From the NCBI GenBank assembly GCA_003252295.1, contig QKEV01000007.1:80139-144138 (forward strand): a DNA stretch of 64,000 nt. The letters are read 5' to 3'. The notes under the pieces were generated by a model. The model worked only from the letters and a program-made list of their open reading frames with translations, did not search any database and was not told the DNA's origin. This DNA is from a bacterium. Its GTDB lineage: Bacteria > Patescibacteriota > Minisyncoccia > Phycocordibacterales > UBA12088. Of this stretch, positions 19,198-27,681 are shown piece by piece; the stretch's first letter is position 1; the number at the start of each line of letters is the position of its first letter. The position numbers and the translations under genes were made by a program.

Positions 19198-19764
19198 TTA
19201 TTTTGTTGGTTCATAGGATAAACCAGGAGTGTCTAAATCGACAAATGGAACACCAATAAAAGTAGCTAACTCATTAGCAACCTCTTTTAATTTTTTTAGC
19301 TTTAAATCAAAAACCTTAACTCCGTTAACACTCATTCCACCAGATGAGGATGTGCTAAGTCTTCTGATGCCACCATCTCTGGTTTTTAAAGCAAGTTTGT
19401 ATTTTCTTGTTCTGTTGTCATTTTTATCTCTGCCATTAATATAATGAATCATGACATGTTCGATTTCAGAAAAATCATAATCAGTCTTCAACTTTTCTTT
19501 TGACCACACATGTTTTTTATAAACAAATACTTTTCTTCCCTGCAAATCTACAACAACCTTTATAGTGCTTGTAAACAGAGTAATAAATAAACCTACAACA
19601 AAAAAAATCCCAATAGGAACAAGGTAACGTATATTTTCATGCCAAGGTATAAAAGCAAGAAGTACTACTGGTGCAATTATAAAAAAGATAAAAATTATTA
19701 TTCTTGCAACTGTATGACTCTCAATTAGTGTTAATGTATTACTAGTTTTTTGTTTTATTTTCAT
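19198..19764 (-). CDS. Membrane protein (2 TM helices plus cytoplasmic domain), hypothetical (island gene C)
   Basis: The ORF table starts at GTG 19779, but ATG 19764 (MKIKQKT...) sits 6 nt after the conserved TATACT of the leader motif. Confidence 0.5.
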   Translation of the reverse strand: MKIKQKTSNTLTLIESHTVARIIIFIFFIIAPVVLLAFIPWHENIRYLVPIGIFFVVGLFITLFTSTIKVVVDLQGRKVFVYKKHVWSKEKLKTDYDFSEIEHVMIHYINGRDKNDNRTRKYKLALKTRDGGIRRLSTSSSGGMSVNGVKVFDLKLKKLKEVANELATFIGVPFVDLDTPGLSYEPTK

Positions 19765-19808
19765 AAATATAGTATACACAAAAACAACCTAGCACTGGAA
19801 CTGCAAAA

Positions 19809-19855
19809 AAGAATCAGGTGAGATGTGCCCATTGGGTAGTAATCACCTGATTCTT
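19809..19855. repeat. Split inverted repeat aagaatcaggtga...tcacctgattctt (13-bp arms, 21-nt spacer), followed by T-run. Bidirectional terminator-like.
   Basis: It shares arms with the perfect palindrome at 21190-21219. Confidence 0.6.
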
Positions 19856-19956
19856 TTTGGTGGCCGTCCTCCTCTACTACAACTAGAGCAGATAAGATTT
19901 AGAACAATACACACTACGTACCGATCAATGCTCAGGTACTAGGGTTAGGACTTTTG

Positions 19957-20184
19957 TTACTGATTCTCAGACTGATTTCGCTCCTCAGCTAATCTAAGTA
20001 TTTCATCCTGATCAACCTTATCAGGAAAGCGAAGCTCAACCTCACCCCACATTATCAGCCCATTCCTATAATCATCCACTATACTTTCAATGGTAGGATA
20101 CCGCTCTCTTGCTTCTTCACCCTGTTCAACATTCAATTCCCTTTCTTATGCAAGTTCATCATTAAAATTTTCTATTTTTTCCAT
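19957..20184 (-). pseudogene. Small ORF (island gene B) interrupted by an in-frame TAA after codon 12. Possible pseudogene or leader-peptide plus downstream ORF.
   Basis: MEKIENFNDELA-TAA-ERELNVEQGEEARERYPTIESIVDDYRNGLIMWGEVELRFPDKVDQDEILRLAEERNQSENQ-TAA. It is preceded by the conserved leader motif (GTGTATACT-N8-ATG). Confidence 0.3.
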
Positions 20185-20210
20185 ACTTAGTAAGTATACA
20201 CAAAAACAAC

Positions 20211-21149
20211 CTAGGATTCACTCTCAATTGGATTGTTTTCAATGTAGGAAAATATTTCACTTTCGGTATTTTCTTTTGTATCCTCATCTTCTTCTGAAAA
20301 ATATTTTTCAATGAGACGAAGGAGTGCTTCTTCCTTATGTGCGTCCACATGAAGGTATGTTCCTAGTAACCCTAGGATCTTTAAAGATTTTTTACCAAAA
20401 GAATCACCAACTTTCTTTAAAACCAGCAAGTTCTGAGTAAATAATCCTTTAAGAAAATCTGTGTAAACTTCACGTTTATTAGCAAGTGTATCAATAGCAA
20501 TTTTTTCTACAATAGGATTTAGTACGTCAATATACTCCGCATACATATACTCATTATTTTCCAAATCATTCTCTGAAATACCGTATTCACTCTCAAGATA
20601 TTCTTGATTTTCATAAAGTGTTTGTGATACAAAAAAATCAACAAGCAATTCATTTAAACCTATAAAAGCTTTTTTTTGCTGTGGTTTCCAGTTTGAAACT
20701 ATCTTATATCCTGTCCTTGCTACATTAATATTGTCTTGTGATGCAAAAAATTTTCTTTTTGATACATAGTGTGTCATTTCATGGAGTAGTGTTGTAATAA
20801 GTGTTAGCTGATCTGAACATTTATCAATATTGATATAGATAGCATCTTCAACTGAATCAAATATCCCTCGAGAATTTGTTTCAAATTTATTTATAAAATC
20901 ATCCGATGAAAGTAGATGGATTTTTGAACTATCTATAGCAACTTGTTCATTAAAACCAAGTTCTTCAAGTTTATTAATCAAAAAATCGTTTAAAAAATCA
21001 ATCAATTCAAGCACCTCATTACTTTTAGTGATCTCATTTTCAATCGGTTGAGTAAACTGCTCTCTATACTTATCTAAATCAGCTTTTAAGGTAGTTTTTT
21101 CATCTTCCTTATACGTTCGTGTGCCTATAAAATTTGATTCTATACTCAT
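20211..21149 (-). CDS. HExxH-motif protein, putative zincin-like metallopeptidase. Paralog of 16797..17684 (island gene A).
   Basis: LLHEMTHYVS...ARTGYKIVS...SFGKK. ATG at 21149 (MSIESN...) is 7 nt after the TATACT of the leader. The ORF table starts at an upstream TTG. Confidence 0.55.
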   Translation of the reverse strand: MSIESNFIGTRTYKEDEKTTLKADLDKYREQFTQPIENEITKSNEVLELIDFLNDFLINKLEELGFNEQVAIDSSKIHLLSSDDFINKFETNSRGIFDSVEDAIYINIDKCSDQLTLITTLLHEMTHYVSKRKFFASQDNINVARTGYKIVSNWKPQQKKAFIGLNELLVDFFVSQTLYENQEYLESEYGISENDLENNEYMYAEYIDVLNPIVEKIAIDTLANKREVYTDFLKGLFTQNLLVLKKVGDSFGKKSLKILGLLGTYLHVDAHKEEALLRLIEKYFSEEDEDTKENTESEIFSYIENNPIESES

Positions 21150-21189
21150 AAACACAAGTATACACAAAACATCCTAAGACTCGAACTGA

Positions 21190-21219
21190 AAGAATCAGGT
21201 GATTAATCACCTGATTCTT
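21190..21219. repeat. Perfect 30-nt palindrome aagaatcaggtgatt|aatcacctgattctt between island gene A and tRNA-Gln
   Basis: Exact inverted repeat. Half-sites also occur at 16780-16792 and 58484-58494. Confidence 0.7.
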
Positions 21220-21224
21220 TATTG

Positions 21225-21295
21225 CTGCCGGACTAGGACTCGAACCTAGATTAACGGGACCAAAACCCGTCGTCCTACCATTAGACGATCCGGCA
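21225..21295 (-). tRNA. tRNA-Gln (anticodon UUG)
   Basis: Minus-strand UGCCGGAUCGUCUAAUGGUAGGACGACGGGUUUUGGUCCCGUUAAUCUAGGUUCGAGUCCUAGUCCGGCAG. 7-bp acceptor stem, D-loop AAUGGUAG, anticodon loop UUUUGGU, T-loop GGUUCGAGUCC. CCA is not encoded. Confidence 0.8.
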
Positions 21296-21386
21296 ATTAT
21301 TTACTACCTATTTTCTTTATCATCTCTTCCTGGCAATAAATGTGCCCTACAGAGTACCTTGAAAAGGGCTTTTACTCAAGGTGTTT

Positions 21387-22037
21387 TTAACATTCTGGGC
21401 AGATGTAGCCCTCCTCTACTTTCCAGGTGCCATCGAGTGTGTCACCGTACTCACCATCCGCTGTCCAAGTGGTTTTAAAGACACAGCCGTTCTTTATTTC
21501 CAAGTTCTTCCAGAGCGCCCTCCTGTACCTACCGAGTGGTGACAAGCCGTCATCCTGCATACTTGAACGCATGTTTGCCATGAGTCCGCGGTGGGTCACA
21601 ACGAGGATGTTTTGCTCTTCTCTCCTTGCAAGGCACTGGAGTGCATTAAAAGCGCGCTTCTGAAACTCACCAAGGTTCTCCTCATCACTGTAGTGCCAGT
21701 CATTGTTTCCTGCACGGAAGTACAACTGCCCCATCACCCAGAGCGACTTTGGCGAGAGCCAGCTCCTTCCCTCGAGCTCTGACGGTTTCCTCAACTCCGT
21801 GAAGAACTCGTTGGTCTCAAGTGGTGCTGAGAACATCCTGTTTACAATCTGTGCTGTTTCGTACGCACGCTCATAGGGACTCGTGATCACCAGTTCTATA
21901 GGAAGATTTTTAATTTTTTGAGCAATTGCCTCTGCCTGCTCACGACCAAGCTTTGAAAGTGGTGTATCAGGAGACTGATGCACCACTTTTTTGTTCAACT
22001 CTGTCTGTCCGTGTCGTAAAAAGTAAATTGTTTTCAT
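21387..22037 (-). CDS. Histidine phosphatase family protein (phosphoglycerate-mutase-like)
   Basis: N-terminal IYFLRHGQTELN (RHG catalytic motif). Confidence 0.7.
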   Translation of the reverse strand: MKTIYFLRHGQTELNKKVVHQSPDTPLSKLGREQAEAIAQKIKNLPIELVITSPYERAYETAQIVNRMFSAPLETNEFFTELRKPSELEGRSWLSPKSLWVMGQLYFRAGNNDWHYSDEENLGEFQKRAFNALQCLARREEQNILVVTHRGLMANMRSSMQDDGLSPLGRYRRALWKNLEIKNGCVFKTTWTADGEYGDTLDGTWKVEEGYICPEC

Positions 22038-22042
22038 AATAG

Positions 22043-22717
22043 CTACTGTAATGTGCGAAGTTCACGTGGCAAATGTGAGTAATCGTTCCAAACCTTAAGT
22101 CGCCACTTATTAGCTATTGTAGCATTCTCATGGTGGTCAATAATACTCACCCCTGTGTTTTCAGAGCGTAGGAAGCGGAAGAGTCGTGTTGCAGAAGTAG
22201 GTGCCAACTCACCCTCGTACATCATGGTGTTCAAAAGAATCGAGATAAAAGCGCCGTGCGAGACGAGCATAATGCGCTTTTCGGTACGCTGTGTGAGCAT
22301 ATCCATGATCTCTTGAGAACGTACATGCAAATCCTTGTAGTTATCCTCGTCAGTGTAGCGCCAGTCTGGGTTGTCTATGTTCTTGTAGAGTTCATCATGA
22401 AAATCAAGACTCTCTTTTGAGTTGTACGGTTTATTTACAAGCGAAGTTGGAAGCATGTACTCACGTAACGCATCACACTTCTCTAGTGGTACCTGTGTTT
22501 CCTTCTGCACAATGGATGCTGTTTCAAGTGCGCGATCCATAGTACTTGTGATGATCACCTCAGGAGCAAGCTCTACCGCATGATGCGCAAAATGTTCCGC
22601 TTGCTCACGTCCGAGGTCTGTGAGCTGGTCAGTGTCATCTTGGAACACCTTTTTTACGTTTGCCTCAGTTTGGCCGTGTCGAACTATGAATATTTTTTTT
22701 GACGGAGTACTGAACAT
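22043..22717 (-). CDS. Histidine phosphatase family protein, tandem paralog
   Basis: N-terminal IFIVRHGQTEAN RHG motif and ...LVSHGAF. Confidence 0.7.
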   Translation of the reverse strand: MFSTPSKKIFIVRHGQTEANVKKVFQDDTDQLTDLGREQAEHFAHHAVELAPEVIITSTMDRALETASIVQKETQVPLEKCDALREYMLPTSLVNKPYNSKESLDFHDELYKNIDNPDWRYTDEDNYKDLHVRSQEIMDMLTQRTEKRIMLVSHGAFISILLNTMMYEGELAPTSATRLFRFLRSENTGVSIIDHHENATIANKWRLKVWNDYSHLPRELRTLQ

Positions 22718-22720
22718 ACG

Positions 22721-23758
22721 CTACTTTGCAGGGTCAAGGTGTTCAATAATAGCGAGCTCGAGTGGTAATTGTGGAATATAGGTGGTACCAAGTCGTGTGT
22801 AGGCATCAAGCAAGTGTAAGAGAAACTTTGAGTTTATAAACTGCTTTGAAACACCTGCGTACTGTTCAATCTTTGCAAAATCCTCAGGACTGAACTCTTG
22901 CTGAAGCTCTTTACGCATAGAAGGTGCACTCCTTAAGAGCAGTACCGCACGCACCAAGCGGAGTAAGAGTGTAAGCAGTGTCTGCATGTCAGCGTTTGCG
23001 TCAGTCACCTTTTTTACCACTAAGAGTGTTTTGTCTGAGCTTCCCTCAGCTACAGCATCGAGTAGCTCAAGCAATAGTATACCTCGTGGTGCACCGGAAA
23101 CAGCTTCTATTTCCTCGAGCGATATCTTCTTGTCACTTGAAACACTCAGTGCCTGCTGCAGGTAACCATGTGCATCTCTGAATGACCCATTTGCTAGAAG
23201 GGCAAGCAGCTCTGCACTTCCTGGTTCAAGTTCAAAACCTTCCTTTTTTGCAACACGGGAGATCATGGTGCTCAGTATCTCAACGGTCGGTTTCTTAAAG
23301 GTAAATGACTGACAACGAGAAATGATAGTGTCCGGCAATTTTTCAACCTCAGTTGTAGCAAGGATAAAGACCACGTGCTTTGGTGGCTCCTCTAGAGTCT
23401 TCAAGAGCGCGTTGAACGCTTCTTTCGTAAGCATGTGCACCTCATCAATGACGTACACCTTGTACGGTGACTCAAACGGCAGTGTATGCACTTCCTCACG
23501 GAGCGCACGCACATCATCAATACCGCGGTTACTCGCAGCATCTATTTCATGCAGATCACGGTTCGTAGTGCCTATCCGATCTGCAAAAATACGAGCAAGC
23601 GAGGTTTTACCGGTACCACGTGTACCAGAGAAAAGGTATGCGTGCCCAATGTTTTCCTGCTCTATCGCTCCTCTGAGCGCCTTCACAACATGGTCTTGTC
23701 CTATGACCTCCTTAAAGTTGTTTGGGCGATACTTTCGATAGAGTACGGTCTGTGACAT
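22721..23758 (-). CDS. dnaX: DNA polymerase III clamp-loader subunit (DnaX gamma/tau-like). Short form lacking the Zn module and C-terminal tau domains.
   Basis: GQDHVVKALRGAIEQENIGHAYLFSGTRGTGKTSLARIFA, Walker B VYVIDEVHML, and sensor LEEPPKHVVFILATTE. It could alternatively be HolB-like. Confidence 0.7.
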   Translation of the reverse strand: MSQTVLYRKYRPNNFKEVIGQDHVVKALRGAIEQENIGHAYLFSGTRGTGKTSLARIFADRIGTTNRDLHEIDAASNRGIDDVRALREEVHTLPFESPYKVYVIDEVHMLTKEAFNALLKTLEEPPKHVVFILATTEVEKLPDTIISRCQSFTFKKPTVEILSTMISRVAKKEGFELEPGSAELLALLANGSFRDAHGYLQQALSVSSDKKISLEEIEAVSGAPRGILLLELLDAVAEGSSDKTLLVVKKVTDANADMQTLLTLLLRLVRAVLLLRSAPSMRKELQQEFSPEDFAKIEQYAGVSKQFINSKFLLHLLDAYTRLGTTYIPQLPLELAIIEHLDPAK

Positions 23759-23765
23759 TGAGACA

Positions 23766-24749
23766 TTATACCCTACTTTTGAGATACTGTTGTACCAAAT
23801 CCTCTACCTCATCCACAGAATTTGTGGCAAAAAGTGCTATACGTAGCTCTTTTGAGCCCTTAAAACCAGTGACGTACGCCTTGAAATGTTTCTTCATGAC
23901 CGCAAAGCTCTTGTGTAAACAGTATGACTCATAGAGACGGCAGTGCTCCAGCATGATACGCAATCGTTCTTCTATAGAGGGTTCTTCACTATCGGCAAAA
24001 AACCACGGCTTCCCAAAGATCCCACGACCTACCATGTAGCCATCTGCGCCTGTTTCCCTACATTTCTCTTCACCCTCTGCCACACTCACTACATCACCGT
24101 TCCCTATAATGCGTACATGTGAGAGTCCCATTCTGTCACGCATTTTTACCAGTTCAGCAACATGTTCCCATCTGGCAGGTACGTTCGACATCTCTTTTCG
24201 TGTACGAGCATGCAGGGTTATCGCACTTGGCTCTTCTCTGAGAATCATAGGAAGCCACTCTTCCAGTTCATTCTTGTTGTATCCTATACGTGTCTTTACT
24301 GAGAGCGGTATCCTACCTGCAAGACCTTTCTTAGCACTCTGTATGAGCTCCACAGCGAGCTCTTTTGTCTTCATAAGTGCTGCACCGGCTCCTTGCTTTT
24401 CTATCGCTGTATGAGGGCACCCCATGTTGATATCCATACCATCGAAACCAAGCTCCACAATGAGGTTTGCAACGTACTCCATCATTTCAGGTTTTGAGGT
24501 AAATACCTGCGCAACGATAGGTCGCTCAATCGAAGAGAAACGCAGGTCTTTCATGAGCGGGTTCTCCTCGTCAGGCATCTTCTGTATCTCACGAGTATGG
24601 TAGAGACCATCAGCAGAGACAAATTCAGTCCACATCACGTCCGGCTTTCCGTACTTCGCAATCATCTCACGAAACGGCGCATCAGTGACATCCGCCATAG
24701 GAGCCAAGCATCCGAAAGGAGTTTCTAAACTATCCCAAAAATTAGTCAT
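23766..24749 (-). CDS. tRNA-dihydrouridine synthase (Dus family)
   Basis: DINMGCP...GAGAALM and TIM-barrel Dus motifs. Confidence 0.8.
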   Translation of the reverse strand: MTNFWDSLETPFGCLAPMADVTDAPFREMIAKYGKPDVMWTEFVSADGLYHTREIQKMPDEENPLMKDLRFSSIERPIVAQVFTSKPEMMEYVANLIVELGFDGMDINMGCPHTAIEKQGAGAALMKTKELAVELIQSAKKGLAGRIPLSVKTRIGYNKNELEEWLPMILREEPSAITLHARTRKEMSNVPARWEHVAELVKMRDRMGLSHVRIIGNGDVVSVAEGEEKCRETGADGYMVGRGIFGKPWFFADSEEPSIEERLRIMLEHCRLYESYCLHKSFAVMKKHFKAYVTGFKGSKELRIALFATNSVDEVEDLVQQYLKSRV

Positions 24750-24784
24750 GAAAGGTAGTGTACCGTTCGTAGCAAAAGATGCAA

Positions 24785-27253
24785 TTACTTGAGTTCACTG
24801 AACGTAAAAGTCTCTCCAGGATGCACATTCCCCTTAAGTATCTCATCAGCGAGTGTCTGCTCTACTATTTCCTGAATAGCGTGCTCAAGCGGACGTCCAC
24901 CAAACTTAGGGTTGTAACCCTTTTGCGCTACGTAGTCTATGAGTGCATCATTTACCTCAATATCAATATTCTTTTCATTCTTAATGCGTTTTGCAAACGC
25001 CTTGAGGTGTATTTCTGCTATCTCACGTACATGTGTTGGCTTGAGTGCATGGAAAACAACAACATCATCAAAACGGTTCAGGAACTCTGGTCTGAAACTC
25101 TGACTTGAAACAAGGTGGTCAATGAGTGCATCCTTCTCATTCTCTACATCCTTACCCTCCTTCTCAAGTTCCCATATGAAATCTGCTCCCGCATTACTCG
25201 TCGCAATAATCACCAGGTTGCGCATGTTCACACTCTTTCCAAAACCATCAGTGAAGTGTCCCTCATCGAGTATCTGTAGGAAGAGGTCATGAATACCCCT
25301 GTCTGATTTCTCAAACTCATCAAGCAAGAGTACGCCATACTGACGCTCACGCATAAGTGCATCAAGTCTTCCTGACTTACCTGTTACTGCAGAACCAATG
25401 AGTTCATCAAGTGCATTCACCGACTGGAACTCTGACATGTCTAGGCGAGTCATTGCTTTTTCATCATTGAAGAGCACCTCTGCAAGTGCTTTTGCTGTCT
25501 CTGTCTTTCCTACTCCTGTAGGTCCAAGAAAAAGGAAGGTACCTATTGGTTTTTTAGCACTTCCAATACCAGAACGTGCTCTTCGCAGTGCACGCGATAT
25601 GACATCAACCGCCTTATCCTGTGCTATAACACGTTTGTGAAGTATCTCTTCAAGGTGCAAAAGTTTGTCACGCTCCTCCTTGTCCGGCTCACCTACTGGC
25701 ACATGTGATTTCCTTGTGACAAGTGTGTCTACATGAGCCGGCAAGACCTGATGTATTGAGCTTGAAAGTGCAACAGGTACTAGCTCCTCTAAAAGGTCAT
25801 ACGCCTTGTCAGGCATAACACCTGTTGGGAAGTAACGATCTGCAAGGTCAGCAATATGTTCCAATGCTGGAATACTAAAGACAATATCTGAAGTGCGTTC
25901 ATGCATCATTGCACGCTGTTCAAGCAGCTCAAGTACACCAGTGTTCTGAACATCCTTCATTTGAATAACATCAAATGCTTGTGCGATCCTGCTGTCTCGA
26001 GCCAAGTGTTCATCATAGTTTTCACTCAGTTCTGCGAATACTATTTGAATATTGAGTGACTCAAAGTATGGTGAAAGCAACTCAACAAGATCTACACCGA
26101 TCTTTTGTGTACTCTCAATGATTGCAGAGATGTTCTCCATGTACAAGATTGTGTTGCCTGAAAATACTGCCTGGTTACAAACATCCATCAGCAACTTTTC
26201 AAAAGATTGTTTTTCACCTGAAGCAATGATTACCGACTCAACATCAATGTAATACATCACCTTATCCTCAATAGGTGGAAGTGCGTGACCTTCACGTATT
26301 TTGTGATACAGCTGTGCTGTGCGTACGCGTGCATTAGAAACATCATGCGCAAGCAGGAGCGCGTTACTTTGACGTGACCGACATAGGATGTTCTCTAGAT
26401 CCTCAACCTCATCTTCCTCTTCATGCCGTGTCATGAGTGCACTCTGCCACATAGGATCCTCTGTTAACTCATGCCCATACCGTCGCAACAGGTACGTCTC
26501 ACCGTAACTCCAATCCTTTCCAAGGCCAGGTATTCTGCCAAGGTTGTCACGTGACCACCAACGCTTCGCTCGTCTCTCACGTCGCTCTATGCTTGTTACC
26601 CATTCAGCAGCATGTATGAGCTGCCGTTCATTGATGTTGCATGTCTGTAGGAAATGACGAAATGCCTCATCATACTTATAGACACTTTTGGTGTAGGTAC
26701 TCAACACAACACCACCATCTCTATCTACAATAAACTCTTGCGCGGTAAGCGTTGGTGTACGTTTCTTTTCAAAATCAGCATACATCGCTTCATCAACACC
26801 TGCCCTAAAGAGAATTTCTTGACCAAAGTCAGAATTCAAGAAACCACCTGTGATATCACTATCTGGTGTGTCAAAAATAATGGTGGCAACCTCCCAGCTG
26901 AGTGCAGGGGTTCCCTCATTGCTTCCCTCTTTCAACACTTCCTGCAGACCAGTGAAGTAGTAGGAACGATGCATTGCCTCAAGCGATGAGAAAATAAATG
27001 TGACAGAGAAAATAAGCAGGAACAACCCCCATATCTTAAAAGAAATGAGAGCAATGATATTCAAACCATACAGTGCACCAGCAGGTGATGTATCTAGCGC
27101 AAAAGCAAAAATAGTAACAAACAACAGGAATATGGAGGCAAAAAATAGATTCTGGTTGATACGTTGTCGCACCTCAGGAGAAACTACAGCACGTAATGCA
27201 AGTGCTCCTCCATATAACTTATACATTACCTTTTTAAGTTGGAAGTACGGCAT
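24785..27253 (-). CDS. Membrane-anchored Clp/Hsp100-family AAA+ ATPase with an inactive first AAA+ domain (D1) and an intact second (D2)
   Basis: N-terminal TM helices. The D2 Walker A/B and sensor motifs are intact, and the D1 catalytic motifs are lost. Residue-level detail is in the finding. Confidence 0.65.
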   Translation of the reverse strand: MPYFQLKKVMYKLYGGALALRAVVSPEVRQRINQNLFFASIFLLFVTIFAFALDTSPAGALYGLNIIALISFKIWGLFLLIFSVTFIFSSLEAMHRSYYFTGLQEVLKEGSNEGTPALSWEVATIIFDTPDSDITGGFLNSDFGQEILFRAGVDEAMYADFEKKRTPTLTAQEFIVDRDGGVVLSTYTKSVYKYDEAFRHFLQTCNINERQLIHAAEWVTSIERRERRAKRWWSRDNLGRIPGLGKDWSYGETYLLRRYGHELTEDPMWQSALMTRHEEEDEVEDLENILCRSRQSNALLLAHDVSNARVRTAQLYHKIREGHALPPIEDKVMYYIDVESVIIASGEKQSFEKLLMDVCNQAVFSGNTILYMENISAIIESTQKIGVDLVELLSPYFESLNIQIVFAELSENYDEHLARDSRIAQAFDVIQMKDVQNTGVLELLEQRAMMHERTSDIVFSIPALEHIADLADRYFPTGVMPDKAYDLLEELVPVALSSSIHQVLPAHVDTLVTRKSHVPVGEPDKEERDKLLHLEEILHKRVIAQDKAVDVISRALRRARSGIGSAKKPIGTFLFLGPTGVGKTETAKALAEVLFNDEKAMTRLDMSEFQSVNALDELIGSAVTGKSGRLDALMRERQYGVLLLDEFEKSDRGIHDLFLQILDEGHFTDGFGKSVNMRNLVIIATSNAGADFIWELEKEGKDVENEKDALIDHLVSSQSFRPEFLNRFDDVVVFHALKPTHVREIAEIHLKAFAKRIKNEKNIDIEVNDALIDYVAQKGYNPKFGGRPLEHAIQEIVEQTLADEILKGNVHPGETFTFSELK

Positions 27254-27256
27254 ACA

Positions 27257-27643
27257 CTATGAAAATGTTATCAGCTCAACACCATAGATAATGAGAAACA
27301 GTAGCAATAATGGTGCAAGCAACCATATGAAAAAGAACAATGTGCCAGCAACGATTGTAAGGAGTATGAATAACAACCCAACAATAATGAGCAATGTTCG
27401 CATCACAAAACCGACCAGGCGCATGAGTGTATTTACGGTGAGAGCAGTAAAAAATGCCTCAAAATGCAAACCTTTTCCTTCGTATGACTCACCTAAACGA
27501 CGAAACGGGGCAAAAAGTGTACGCACCATGAGTGGTAAGGAAAAAAAGTTGTAGAAGAACCACACAAAATTACGAACGATATTGATATAATCAACTATCG
27601 CCTTACCGTAATGCCACCGTACATAGTAAATCAGCAAACGCAT
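27257..27643 (-). CDS. Small polytopic membrane protein, hypothetical
   Basis: 128 aa, 3-4 TM helices. Confidence 0.45.
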   Translation of the reverse strand: MRLLIYYVRWHYGKAIVDYINIVRNFVWFFYNFFSLPLMVRTLFAPFRRLGESYEGKGLHFEAFFTALTVNTLMRLVGFVMRTLLIIVGLLFILLTIVAGTLFFFIWLLAPLLLLFLIIYGVELITFS

Positions 27644-27681
27644 ATTACTTTTGTGCTTCTACTATAGCATGAAGTATATAC

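Noticed and set aside
20090-20350. ORFs 20090-20314 (+) and 20162-20350 (-)
   Set aside because: They overlap the C-terminus of the HExxH gene and the leader of ORF B, so I treated them as spurious.
16797-21300. Island as an integron, prophage or ICE
   Set aside because: There is no integrase, no transposase and no attC-like R/L core sites. The repeated element is upstream (promoter-like) rather than a 3' attC. I keep it as an unclassified cassette array.
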